Part shown: piece by piece, positions 8,522 through 18,373 of the stretch
Numbering within the stretch: position 1 is the first letter of the stretch
Layout of the letters: every line of letters starts with the position of its first letter
Assembly (NCBI GenBank): GCA_023301025.1
Contig: JALZUR010000010.1
Coordinates: forward strand, 17,791 to 81,790
Origin: Bdellovibrionales bacterium
GTDB lineage: Bacteria; Bdellovibrionota; Bdellovibrionia; Bdellovibrionales; UBA1609
DNA length: 64,000 bases
Direction: 5' to 3'
Notes under the pieces: model-generated
The model's database searches: none
The model's input: the letters and a program-made list of their open reading frames with translations, nothing else
Told to the model about the DNA's origin: nothing
Made by a program: the position numbers and the translations under genes

Positions 8522-10639
8522 ATGTTTTTAAAAAAGATGTTTTCAAAAGTTTGTTTGTTAAGTGCAGTCTCTTTATATGCTGCAAGCTCTTTTGCCCAAC
8601 TAGCGGGCTCTAGTGCAGAGAAGGCTCTAAGCTGTAAGTATGTGCCTGTTATTTTAGAAGGTTATCTAAATCAGCATGTGAGTTATAAAAAAACCGACAA
8701 AGCTTTAGAAAAAAGAGTAATCGATCAAATGCTAAAACGTCTTGATCCTTTAAAGATCTATTTTTTAAGCTCTGATGAGAAACGAGTTAGAAAGATGCTT
8801 TCTAAGCTTTTATCTAAGACTCAAAAAGGCAACTGTTCACAAATTTTTGATGTAAATGCTTATTTAACTAAAAAAGTTCAAGAACGCGTAACTTTTGTTA
8901 AAACTGTTCTTACTAAAGACTTTAAATTTGATAAGAATACTAAACTAATTTTAGATTCAGATGAGCGTAAAAGATTTTCATCTTCCAAAGATCTTAATAA
9001 TTTTCACAGAAAGTATATAAACTTTCAGATTTCAAACTACCTTTTAACTGATGTAAGTTTAGATGAGTCAAAAACAAATGTTTTAAAAAACTATGAAAGA
9101 CTTCTGCAAAGGCTTAAAAAAGAAGATCAGGAAGATCACTTAGCTGATTTTATTGATACATATGCACACTCACTTGATCCACATTCAAGCTTCTTTTCTG
9201 CTGATGAGCTAGAGACCTTTCGCATCCAAATGAGACTTTCATTAGAGGGTATTGGTGCGACTCTTTCATGGAAGGATGGTTTTACAGTAGTTGAAAGCCT
9301 TGTTCCTGGTGGAGCAGCTGATAAGTCTGGTAAAGTTGAGCCAAAAGATAAGATTGTTGCTGTTAGACAGGCAGGATCTAAAAAAGTTGAAAATGTAATT
9401 GAGCAAGAGCTTAGTGAAGTAGTTAAAAAGATTCGTGGTAAAAAAGGCACAAAGGTTTTTTTAACAATCTTAAGAAAAGTTGATGGTGAAACCAAAAGAT
9501 TAGAGATTCAGCTTACAAGAGAGAAGATAAACCTTGAAGATGAAGCTGCAAAAATCACTTATCATACTAAAGTTGTAGATGGTCAAAAAAAGCTTATAGG
9601 ACTTATTAATCTTCCAAGTTTTTATTCTGATGGCAGACGTAACGGCAGAAGTGCTGCAAAAGATGTTGCAAAACTTTTAAAAGAAGCAAAGAAGAAAAAG
9701 ATTGATGGCTTAGTACTTGATCTGTCACACAATGGTGGTGGTAGTTTAGATGATGCTGTTAAAATTTCTGGTTTGTTTTTTAAAACAGGTAACGTTGTTA
9801 AGCAGTCTTTTCCTGAAATGGCTAGGCCAGCGCTTGCTTTAGCTGATACAGATTCTACTGTAAACTACTCAGGACCATTGGTTATACTAACAAGCAGAGC
9901 TTCAGCTAGTGCTTCTGAAATTGTATCAGGAGCTTTAAAAGACTATGGAAGAGCTTTAATTGTTGGAGCAGACCATACGTTTGGTAAGGGTACGATTCAA
10001 ACTGTAAGAGATCTTCCTAAAGGTTTAGGCGCTTTAAAAATAACAGTAGGTATGTTTTTTACGGCCGGTGGTTACTCTACTCAGCATCGTGGTGTTGAGT
10101 CTGATATTGTTTTTCCAAGTATGCTTTCACAAGAAGACATCGGAGAAAAAAGTTATGACTACTCTTTAGAGCCTAATAAGCTTCCATCTTTTTTATCATC
10201 AGACGCTTTTGTTCATAAAGGAACTGGCATGTGGAAGATCTTAGATAAAAAGAATATGAAATCATTGATTAAAAGATCAAATAAAAGAATCGCTTCTAGT
10301 AAAGATTTTGATGAGATTAAAGAAGACATTAAAAAGACTAAAGAACGTGGAAAAGTTGTTAATCTTGCAGAAATCATGAAAGAAAATGAAGATAAGAAAG
10401 CTAAAGACAAAAAAGAGGATAAGAAAAAAGATCACTCTACTTTGACTAAAAAAGAAAAGGCTGAAAAGTATTTAAAGAGAGCTGATGTCAGTGAGGCGCT
10501 TAATATTGCTGCAGATTTAGTAGCTCTTGATGAAGGTAAAGCCTTAATATTAAGTTCTAATGAGTCTAAAAGAAAAGCAAGCTCTGTGGGAGAGCTTTCT
10601 AAAGATCCTAATAACAAATCGGCTAAAAAGAAAAATTAA
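8522..10639 (+). CDS. prc: Tail-specific (C-terminal processing) protease, S41 family
   Basis: Signal peptide, PDZ region (GIGATL...VVESLVPGGAADKSG), S41 core (LDLSHNGGGSL, TSRASASASEIVSGAL) and a Prc-like length of 705 aa. Confidence 0.9.
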   Translation: MFLKKMFSKVCLLSAVSLYAASSFAQLAGSSAEKALSCKYVPVILEGYLNQHVSYKKTDKALEKRVIDQMLKRLDPLKIYFLSSDEKRVRKMLSKLLSKTQKGNCSQIFDVNAYLTKKVQERVTFVKTVLTKDFKFDKNTKLILDSDERKRFSSSKDLNNFHRKYINFQISNYLLTDVSLDESKTNVLKNYERLLQRLKKEDQEDHLADFIDTYAHSLDPHSSFFSADELETFRIQMRLSLEGIGATLSWKDGFTVVESLVPGGAADKSGKVEPKDKIVAVRQAGSKKVENVIEQELSEVVKKIRGKKGTKVFLTILRKVDGETKRLEIQLTREKINLEDEAAKITYHTKVVDGQKKLIGLINLPSFYSDGRRNGRSAAKDVAKLLKEAKKKKIDGLVLDLSHNGGGSLDDAVKISGLFFKTGNVVKQSFPEMARPALALADTDSTVNYSGPLVILTSRASASASEIVSGALKDYGRALIVGADHTFGKGTIQTVRDLPKGLGALKITVGMFFTAGGYSTQHRGVESDIVFPSMLSQEDIGEKSYDYSLEPNKLPSFLSSDAFVHKGTGMWKILDKKNMKSLIKRSNKRIASSKDFDEIKEDIKKTKERGKVVNLAEIMKENEDKKAKDKKEDKKKDHSTLTKKEKAEKYLKRADVSEALNIAADLVALDEGKALILSSNESKRKASSVGELSKDPNNKSAKKKN

Positions 10640-10673
10640 GCTGTAATTCCGCATAAAATGACTTTAAATTCAG

Positions 10674-10693
10674 CCCTTAAATAACCTTAAGGG
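10674..10693 (+). terminator. Possible terminator hairpin after prc
   Basis: CCCTTAA / TTAAGGG 7-bp stem, but only a weak T-tract follows. Confidence 0.35.
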
Positions 10694-10769
10694 TCTTTAA
10701 GAAGATCTAAGCTTTTCAGCAATTCAATACTTTGATATAAAATCTCCAGGTAAAACAAGGGGGTTTTTT

Positions 10770-11894
10770 ATGTCCAGACTGTCTTCTAACACTTCGAAAA
10801 AACCTGCGTTCAGCGCATCAGGTGCATCAAGCAAAGTAAAAGATAAAAAGCATGATCCAGAAGATTTTCAGGGTTTAGACAAAACTCTACTTTTAAAAAT
10901 GTTTAACATTATGATTCAATCAAGAGCTTTAGAAGAGCGTTTGATTAAAATCTATAAAACAGGAGAAGCCTTTTTTTGGATCGGTGGGCCAGGTGAAGAG
11001 GCTTTTGGGGTACCGCTTGGGCTACTTTCAAAAATTGGGCAAGGACCTGAATTTGATTACTTTCATTTGCACTACAGAGCAACTCCTACAGTTTTAGCTT
11101 TAGGTGTTGATCCCATTCATGCCATTAGACTCATTATGAATAAAAAAGCTGATGTGTGTACGGGAGGTAGAAATTTTTCTAACCACTACTGTTTTCCCGA
11201 AAAAAACATAACACCTATATCAAGTCCCATTGAGATCCAATACGGTTTGTCTTTAGGCACAGCAAGAGCACAGAAAAGAGCTAACACAAAAGCTTCAGGT
11301 AAAAATAAAAATTCAAAATATCAAAACTCAATATCAATAGTCACCGGTGGAGACGCTGGTACTGCCGAAGGGGATTTTGCATCTTGTTTAGTTTGGGCCA
11401 CACGCCCAGGTGATGAGCTTCCAATCTTAATAACTGTTCAAAATAACACTTGGGGTATATCTACATCTTACTCTGAGCAACATGGAGAGGATAAGATATC
11501 TGATAGGGGGCTAGCTTTTAAAATGAAGTGTTTAAATATAAATGGCAATGATCCCGTTGAAAGTTACGTAAAACTTAAAGAGTCTATGGATTATATTAGA
11601 AAAGAGCAAAAGCCTGTTTTACTTGAAGCTTCTGTGTCTCGGCTCTATGGTCACTCTTCAGCATCAGGTGCTAATCAGCAAGAGGGGCTTGCTTGTCCGA
11701 TAAAAGATTTTAAAGCAAGACTTATAAAGGCAGGTCTTATAACAGAATCAGAATCTGTAGAGATTAAAAAATCCTATGAAGATGAGTTTTATAAAATGTT
11801 TAAACAGGTTCAGAAAGAAGAGGGCCCGAGTGCTGACAGCATTTGGGAGAACACTTTTGTAAACAGTGAAAATGCTGATTGGAGGTCTTTCTAA
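10770..11894 (+). CDS. TPP-dependent 2-oxoacid dehydrogenase E1 component, alpha subunit
   Basis: TPP motif GGDAGTAEGDF...VQNNTWGIS with overall E1-alpha architecture. GGGGG SD lies upstream. Confidence 0.85.
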   Translation: MSRLSSNTSKKPAFSASGASSKVKDKKHDPEDFQGLDKTLLLKMFNIMIQSRALEERLIKIYKTGEAFFWIGGPGEEAFGVPLGLLSKIGQGPEFDYFHLHYRATPTVLALGVDPIHAIRLIMNKKADVCTGGRNFSNHYCFPEKNITPISSPIEIQYGLSLGTARAQKRANTKASGKNKNSKYQNSISIVTGGDAGTAEGDFASCLVWATRPGDELPILITVQNNTWGISTSYSEQHGEDKISDRGLAFKMKCLNINGNDPVESYVKLKESMDYIRKEQKPVLLEASVSRLYGHSSASGANQQEGLACPIKDFKARLIKAGLITESESVEIKKSYEDEFYKMFKQVQKEEGPSADSIWENTFVNSENADWRSF

Positions 11895-12943
11895 TGGCTA
11901 ATATGGCTCAAGCAATTCGAATGGCTCTTCATTTTGGTGAAGAAAATTTAGATGTAACAGATATTTTTGGGCAAGATGTTGGAGCGCCACTTGGAGGCGT
12001 TTTTACTGCTACCCAAGGACTTAAGAACACTTGGAACACTCCACTTGATGAAAGAGGCATTGTTTCAACCGCTATAGGTCTTGGCCTAGCAGGAGAGCGT
12101 TGTGTGGCGGAAATTCAGTTTTGTGATTACATTTTTAATACAATTGATCTTTTAAAGTACGCGGGAAACTTAAATTGGTCATGTAATGGTAATTACAATC
12201 TTCCGATAACTTTAATGACTCCTGTGGGTGCGGGAATTAGAGGGTCTGTGTATCATAGTCATAGCTTTGATGCTTGGGCTACAAAAATCCCAGGATGGAA
12301 GATCGTGATGCCTTCAACTCCACTCGACGCTTACGGTTTAATGCTTTCGGCTATTGAAGATCCTAATCCTGTGATGTTTTTAAAGCCTAAGGCTTTACTA
12401 AGAGTAAAAGGTGAAGAGCTAATCCCCGGAGAGCCTGATACGGAAAAAGCATTAAAGGCAGCAATTGATGCTCCACTTGGAGATAGAAGTAAGTGGTCAC
12501 CAAATTGGCCTAAGGTAAAAGATTTTAGAATTGAAATTGGAAAAGCAAAAATTTTAGAAGAGGGAGATGATCTTACTATTGTGTCTTATGGTAGGCCTTT
12601 ACCACTTTGTCAAAAGATCGCAAAAGAGCATGAGGCCTCGATTGAAGTTATTGATTTAAGATCACTCTATCCTTACGACTGGAACACCTTGTATAAATCT
12701 ATATACAAAACCAAAAGAGTTCTTTTTGTGAATGAAGAGACTGAGGTGACAAACTTTGCTGAGCATTTGAGTTATAGAGTTGTAAATTCAGATTTATTTT
12801 ACAGAATAGACTCGCCACCGCGGGTTTTGGCTGGTAAAAATGTTCCAGGAATTGGTCTTCATCCTAACTTAGAAGAAGCATCTGTTCCTTATGAAAATGA
12901 AATACTAAAAGAAGTTAACGATGTTTTACAGGTGGTTCCTTGA
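11894..12943 (+). CDS. 2-oxoacid dehydrogenase E1 component, beta subunit
   Basis: Transketolase-like Pyr and C-terminal domains (FGQDVG..GGVF, IQFCDYI, VIDLRSLYPYD). The ATG overlaps the alpha stop as TAATG, with GGAGG upstream. Confidence 0.9.
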   Translation: MANMAQAIRMALHFGEENLDVTDIFGQDVGAPLGGVFTATQGLKNTWNTPLDERGIVSTAIGLGLAGERCVAEIQFCDYIFNTIDLLKYAGNLNWSCNGNYNLPITLMTPVGAGIRGSVYHSHSFDAWATKIPGWKIVMPSTPLDAYGLMLSAIEDPNPVMFLKPKALLRVKGEELIPGEPDTEKALKAAIDAPLGDRSKWSPNWPKVKDFRIEIGKAKILEEGDDLTIVSYGRPLPLCQKIAKEHEASIEVIDLRSLYPYDWNTLYKSIYKTKRVLFVNEETEVTNFAEHLSYRVVNSDLFYRIDSPPRVLAGKNVPGIGLHPNLEEASVPYENEILKEVNDVLQVVP

Positions 12944-13728
12944 TGAAAGAATTTGATAAATACTATTACTATCACAAATCCGTACAGTCTCCAGATGCAG
13001 ATGTAGAGTTTTTTGATAAAACATTTAGAGAGCTTAGAGGAAGAGAAGCAGTAACTTTAAAAGAAGACTTTTGTGGTACTTTTTCTATTTCATGTGAGTG
13101 GAGCAAGCTTAATGAAAACAAGCAAGCCTGTGGGGTAGATTTAGATTTAGAGCCTATTGAGTATGGAAAAGAAAAATATTTAAGTCAGTTAAACGATAAT
13201 CAAAAATCTAGAGTTAGAGTGATTCATGGAAATGTAATGTCTCCTGAAAATCCAAGTGCTGACATTGTTAGTGCTTCAAATTTTTCTTATTTTATTTTTA
13301 AAACTAGAGCTGAGTTAAAAGACTACTTTGCTAAGGCGTATAACTCAGTCAATAGTGATGGGATGTTTATCGTTGATTGCTTTGGTGGAACAGACACAAC
13401 AAACCCTGTTGAAGAAGAAACAGAACATGAAGAAGGTTTTTCTTATTTTTGGGATCAAGACAGTTTTGATCCAGTTTCTAATTTTGCTCAGTTTTATATT
13501 CACTTTCAAAGAGAGGGTGAAGCCAAAAGAGAAAAGGTGTTTTCCTATGACTGGCGCATGTGGAGCATTCCAGAGATCAAAGACCTTATGCTTGAAGTGG
13601 GCTTTAAAGATGTATCAATCTATTGGGAAGGCACTGATGAAGATGGTGAAGGCGATGGTGTGTTTAGAGCTGTTAAAGAGGGAGAAGACTGTGAGTCTTG
13701 GATCTCTTACATCGTAGGTCTTAAGTAG
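12943..13728 (+). CDS. Class I SAM-dependent methyltransferase (putative)
   Basis: EDFCGT motif-I-like segment and an overall Rossmann-type pattern. The ATG overlaps the E1-beta stop as TGATG. Confidence 0.6.
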   Translation: MKEFDKYYYYHKSVQSPDADVEFFDKTFRELRGREAVTLKEDFCGTFSISCEWSKLNENKQACGVDLDLEPIEYGKEKYLSQLNDNQKSRVRVIHGNVMSPENPSADIVSASNFSYFIFKTRAELKDYFAKAYNSVNSDGMFIVDCFGGTDTTNPVEEETEHEEGFSYFWDQDSFDPVSNFAQFYIHFQREGEAKREKVFSYDWRMWSIPEIKDLMLEVGFKDVSIYWEGTDEDGEGDGVFRAVKEGEDCESWISYIVGLK

Positions 13729-13741
13729 CACTAGTTTAATA

Positions 13742-14269
13742 ATGAACATACAGAGCTTGCAAAAATGGGTCCCAACAGTTTTATTTTTAGCTGTTTGGTT
13801 TGCTGTGGTGTTTTTGCTGTGTAAGGGCTTTTCTAAATTTGTTTATATACCCTTATCACTGGGTCTATTGTATCAGGCTAAACTTTGGTCCTATAAAAAA
13901 GAAGCCTTTTGTTTTTTTGTCACCGTGGGCTTTATGGCTTGGGGTTTAGAGTCTGTAGAGAGTTACTTTGGATATTTAAGAATTATGAACTCTCACCCCC
14001 AGCCTATATGGGTTGCTTTCTTGTGGGCTTATTTTTCTGCATTTACATTTACAAGTTTTAATTTTTTTGTAGATAGGTATATAAAGGCTTTTTTATATGG
14101 AGCCTACTCATTACCCGGTTCCTACTATTTGGTCTCTAGGCTTGGTCTGGCGGAAATTTCTGATTCTTTGATTCTTTTTTTTATTACTAATGGAACTGTA
14201 GGCGGGCTTGTTTTGATGTTTGCGCACTTTTTATACTATACTTTAAAATTGAACACTTTCTCAAAGTGA
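13742..14269 (+). CDS. Integral membrane protein, unknown function
   Basis: About five hydrophobic helices. It sits 13 nt after the methyltransferase gene. Confidence 0.5.
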   Translation: MNIQSLQKWVPTVLFLAVWFAVVFLLCKGFSKFVYIPLSLGLLYQAKLWSYKKEAFCFFVTVGFMAWGLESVESYFGYLRIMNSHPQPIWVAFLWAYFSAFTFTSFNFFVDRYIKAFLYGAYSLPGSYYLVSRLGLAEISDSLILFFITNGTVGGLVLMFAHFLYYTLKLNTFSK

Positions 14270-14299
14270 TTGATTAGCTCTAAAGACCAAGGACTTAGT

Positions 14300-15088
14300 A
14301 TGGATACAAAAAACAAAACAACACTTATCACTGGAGGCTTGGGCGGAATAGGTTATGCTTTAGCTAAAGAGGCCTCAAGAGATAATAACACAGTTGTGTT
14401 AGTGCAAAGGTCAAAAAGTGAAGAGGCTGAAAAAGAACTTTTAAGTTTAGGCGCTAAAGAAGTCTTTCAGATCCAAAAAGATTTAAGTCAAAAAGACGCA
14501 GTTCCTACATTAGTTTCAGAGCTTAATAAAAAATCAATCGATGTAGATATTTTGATTAACAATGCAGGTCTACTTACAGGTGGACTTATTGAAGATCAAA
14601 AAGATGAAGATATAAGCCAGATGCTTGATGTTAATCTAAAAGCCTTAATTCTTTTAACAAAAGCTCTTATTCCTAAAATGATCAAAAAAAAGAGCGGAAA
14701 GATTGTAAACAACTCGAGTGTTTCTGGAATTATGTGTATTCCTTGTGCTAGCACCTATGCAGCCTCAAAAGCTGGGGTTGTGTCGTTTACAAAATGTATT
14801 AAACAGGAGCTAAAACCTGCGGGAGTTAGTACTCTTATAATGCTCACCCCGGGCATTAAAACAAAGATGTATGACGATATTAAAAATCTGTATTCTGGGC
14901 ATTTGAAGTTAGACTTTTTGTCAGCTATGAGTCCCGAAGAGTGGGCTGGTAAAGTTTGGACCGCTATTAAAAATGATGATGATGAGATCACACCGACAGG
15001 CTCTAATAAAATAGGTCTTTTGGCTGCTAAATATGCCCCTTCAGTTTTTGAAAAACAGATCTCTAGGTACTTTTCACGCTCAAAATAA
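14300..15088 (+). CDS. Short-chain dehydrogenase/reductase (SDR)
   Basis: TGGLGGIG cofactor motif, NNAG, catalytic S...YAASK. I chose the ATG at 14300 because AAGGA lies upstream. Confidence 0.85.
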   Translation: MDTKNKTTLITGGLGGIGYALAKEASRDNNTVVLVQRSKSEEAEKELLSLGAKEVFQIQKDLSQKDAVPTLVSELNKKSIDVDILINNAGLLTGGLIEDQKDEDISQMLDVNLKALILLTKALIPKMIKKKSGKIVNNSSVSGIMCIPCASTYAASKAGVVSFTKCIKQELKPAGVSTLIMLTPGIKTKMYDDIKNLYSGHLKLDFLSAMSPEEWAGKVWTAIKNDDDEITPTGSNKIGLLAAKYAPSVFEKQISRYFSRSK

Positions 15089-15215
15089 AGAGGATTTATA
15101 GTCCTCTACTTATAGGTTTTTGTTTTTAGTTTTTTATGAGTGGCAAAATTGAGTTTATTGGTAGACAATTATTTAAGAGACAATTGTTAACATCCCTAAT
15201 CGGAGAGAGTGTGCT

Positions 15216-18200
15216 TTGAAAAGTCTGACCCGTTTTTTATTAAAGAATAATCTTTTTGTACATTATTTAAGTTTGATTTTAGTCCTTCTAGGTGTGTTTT
15301 CTTTATTTAAAATAAGACGTGAGGCAAGACCCAATGTTGATTTTGATCGTATAGCCGTATCTGTTTATTACAACGGTGCTGCTGCAGGAGATGTTGAAGA
15401 GCTTGTTTTAAAACCTATAGAAGACGAAATAGATGGTATAGATGGTATAAAAGAGTATAGATCTACGGCTTTTGAAGGTGTTGGTTCTATGAGCATCTCG
15501 ATTGATCCGGACTATGCTGAAAAAAGACAGGTCATTGATGAAGTTCAAAGAGCGATAAATAAAGTAAATCTGCCAACAGATGTAGAAGATCCTGTTATTA
15601 CAGAAATAAAAGCTAGTAAAATAAATGTTTATACTTTTAGTTTGATGAGTGAGGGTTTAACAACTCTAGAACTTAGAGAGCATGCCAAAAACATTATGGA
15701 TGAGATCAAACTAAAAGTCCTAGGGGTTTCAACTGTTGAAGCTAGCGGTTTAAAAGACCTAGAATACAGAATATCCATTAAGCCTGAGATTTTAAAAAAG
15801 AATATGATCACGCTTAGTGAAATCATGAATTCTCTTTCAAACTGGAACAGAGTTTCTCCTGCTGGTGAAATTGATCAAGATAAAAAAACTTACTCCATTC
15901 GTGTAGATGAACAGATGAAAACTGTAGAAGATATAAAAAATCATACGGTTAAATCTGTAGATGGAAGCTATGTTCTTAAGATTAAAGATCTAGGTGATGT
16001 TAAACTTCAAAATAAAGAAGTTAAACAAGAGTATTTAGTAAATGGTAAAACAGGGGTTTCTATTTCTGTTTACAAACAGATTTCGGCCGACATCATTGAT
16101 GTAGCTACTGGTGTTGATAGCTTTTTAAAAAATTATCAGTTTAAAGAAGGGTTAACTTATTTTACAACTTGGGATGATTCAAAAAATATTCGGAATAAAT
16201 TAAAGACAATTGTTTTAAATGCATGCTTTGGTTTGTTTTTAGTTTTGATTTCTTTAACACTCTTTGTAAGCACAAGACTTGCTTTTATAACAGCCTTTGG
16301 AATTCCAATTGCGTTTTTAAGTGGTATGGCGAGTTTATACTTTTTGGGAATGACTTTAAACAGTCTTGTCGTCTTAGGTATGGTGGTTGTTTTAGGTATG
16401 TTGATAGATGACGCAATTGTTGTGGCAGAAAATATCTATGCTCATGTTGAAGAGGGGATGGCCCCTCATGAAGCAGCTATAAAAGGGGTCTCAGAGGTCG
16501 CCTCTCCTGTTATTGCTACAGTCTTAACAACTGTATTTGCCTTTTTGCCGATTGTTTTTATGGACGGGGTTATGGGGCAGTTTTTACGGGTTATTCCCAT
16601 AGCTGTGATCGTAATTTTAAGTTTTTCACTTTTTGAAGCTTTATTTATACTACCTACTCATTGCGCAGATTTTTTAAAAAAAATTGATCAAAATAAAGTT
16701 GATAAGCTTGATGTTATGGGTGGACTAAAAAAAATATATCTGAACTATGTAAACTGGGCTACCTCTTCAAAAAAGAGCATAGGAAGTGTGTTACTGGTTT
16801 TTATTATCTTTATTGCCTCTACTGTGTTTGTAGTTAAAAAGATTAAGTTTGAGCTTTTCCCTAGAACAGGCATAAGCTCTTTGTCGGTCACAAGCTCTTT
16901 TCCTTTAAACACCCAAATTGATAAATCTTTGGCCTTTGCAAAAGAGCTTAATTTAGCTTTAAGTGAAAGTGATGTAGCTGATGATATTTTTAGTTTCTCA
17001 ACTACTGTTGGGTCAGCTACTATTGGTGGAATGTCGGGAGTAAGAGAACAGGGAAGCCACCTTTCTTCTTCTACCATAAGATTTGTAGATGATACGGATT
17101 TTGTTTACAGAGAAAAAGAGGTTTTGAAAAAAGTTAAAGAAATTATTAAGTCAGTTGATGACAAATATAATAATGAAACTTTAGTAAGTGTTCCTCGTCC
17201 GGGGCCTCCAACTGACAGTGACATACAGCTTATTCTGTATTCTAGAAACTTTGAGACAAGTGTTAAAGCAAGTGATAAAGTTATGGAGTTCTTAGATAAA
17301 AGCGAAGCTATATCAAATCTAAAATCTGATTTAAGTGAAAAAGTTGATTACTACAGAATAAAAATTAACAAAAAAAATGCCATTGAAAATGGACTTTCTT
17401 TTGATAGTATTTCGAGGGCTGTGTTTTCTGGACTTTACGGGGTAGCTGCTACACAAACTAGAGTGGCTGATGATGAAGTAGATATTGTTGTATCTTTAGA
17501 TAAAAGTGAAAATCTTAACATTGCAGATGTAAATGATCTGTTATTTTTAAATAAATTTGACTCATTAGTTTCTTTAAAATCTTTTGCTGAAGTGAATTTA
17601 GAGAAAGCAACACCAACCATACAAAGAATGGATGGGAAAAGATCTATTTCTATTTTTGCTGATGTATTGACTGAAAAAAGTACACCTGCTGTAGAAAATA
17701 ATAAGTTAAAAGAGCAGTTAAAAATTTTAAGAGAAGAGTTTCCTACGGTTAATTTCGATGTTACTGGAGCAGATCTTCAAAGAATTGAAATTTTAAGAGA
17801 AACGGGTCTTTTTTATACCTTCTCTATTTTCGCTATTTTTATTGTAATCAGTTTAAGTTTTACGTCTTTGTTTTTTCCACTGTTAGTGCTTTTTGCAGTA
17901 CCTTTTGGTTTGATGGGTGTTGTTTGGGCTCTTTATTTAAACAATATGCCACTTTCAGTCATGGGACTTATTGGAACAGTTGGGCTTTCGGGGGTTGTTG
18001 TTAATAGCTCCATTATTCTTATTCAATTTTTCTTAGAGGAGATCAGGCGAGGTGTAGGGTTAAAAAACGCTTTACTTTCTGCTTGCTCAAGACGTTTTAG
18101 GCCTATCGTGATCACAAGTATAACAACGTTATTAGGTCTTGCTCCGACGATCTATTCTGTCGCTGGAAAAGACCCTTTTATTCAACCTTTAGTGATGTCT

Positions 18201-18302
18201 TTAGGTTGGGGTCTACTTGTTTCAACTATTTTAACACTTTTTGTTTTGCCAACTTTAATCTATATTATTCTTTGTAAGCTTCCTTCTTTTCGAGAAGATT
18301 AA
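15216..18302 (+). CDS. RND family efflux transporter permease (AcrB/HAE-type)
   Basis: 1028 aa with 12-TM RND topology and two large periplasmic loops. Conserved LGMLIDDAIVV motif. TTG start preceded by GGAGAG. Confidence 0.9.
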   Translation: MKSLTRFLLKNNLFVHYLSLILVLLGVFSLFKIRREARPNVDFDRIAVSVYYNGAAAGDVEELVLKPIEDEIDGIDGIKEYRSTAFEGVGSMSISIDPDYAEKRQVIDEVQRAINKVNLPTDVEDPVITEIKASKINVYTFSLMSEGLTTLELREHAKNIMDEIKLKVLGVSTVEASGLKDLEYRISIKPEILKKNMITLSEIMNSLSNWNRVSPAGEIDQDKKTYSIRVDEQMKTVEDIKNHTVKSVDGSYVLKIKDLGDVKLQNKEVKQEYLVNGKTGVSISVYKQISADIIDVATGVDSFLKNYQFKEGLTYFTTWDDSKNIRNKLKTIVLNACFGLFLVLISLTLFVSTRLAFITAFGIPIAFLSGMASLYFLGMTLNSLVVLGMVVVLGMLIDDAIVVAENIYAHVEEGMAPHEAAIKGVSEVASPVIATVLTTVFAFLPIVFMDGVMGQFLRVIPIAVIVILSFSLFEALFILPTHCADFLKKIDQNKVDKLDVMGGLKKIYLNYVNWATSSKKSIGSVLLVFIIFIASTVFVVKKIKFELFPRTGISSLSVTSSFPLNTQIDKSLAFAKELNLALSESDVADDIFSFSTTVGSATIGGMSGVREQGSHLSSSTIRFVDDTDFVYREKEVLKKVKEIIKSVDDKYNNETLVSVPRPGPPTDSDIQLILYSRNFETSVKASDKVMEFLDKSEAISNLKSDLSEKVDYYRIKINKKNAIENGLSFDSISRAVFSGLYGVAATQTRVADDEVDIVVSLDKSENLNIADVNDLLFLNKFDSLVSLKSFAEVNLEKATPTIQRMDGKRSISIFADVLTEKSTPAVENNKLKEQLKILREEFPTVNFDVTGADLQRIEILRETGLFYTFSIFAIFIVISLSFTSLFFPLLVLFAVPFGLMGVVWALYLNNMPLSVMGLIGTVGLSGVVVNSSIILIQFFLEEIRRGVGLKNALLSACSRRFRPIVITSITTLLGLAPTIYSVAGKDPFIQPLVMSLGWGLLVSTILTLFVLPTLIYIILCKLPSFRED

Positions 18303-18373
18303 GTTTTTTAGGTAAGTGATGAAAGTTTTGAATAACCGATCATAGTTTTAAATGACTAATAAAAAGATAGATT

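Noticed and set aside
13328-13717. 129-aa alternative-frame ORF inside the methyltransferase gene
   Set aside because: It lies entirely within a CDS that has recognisable motifs and translational coupling. I recognised no motif and no SD, and long spurious ORFs are expected in AT-rich DNA.
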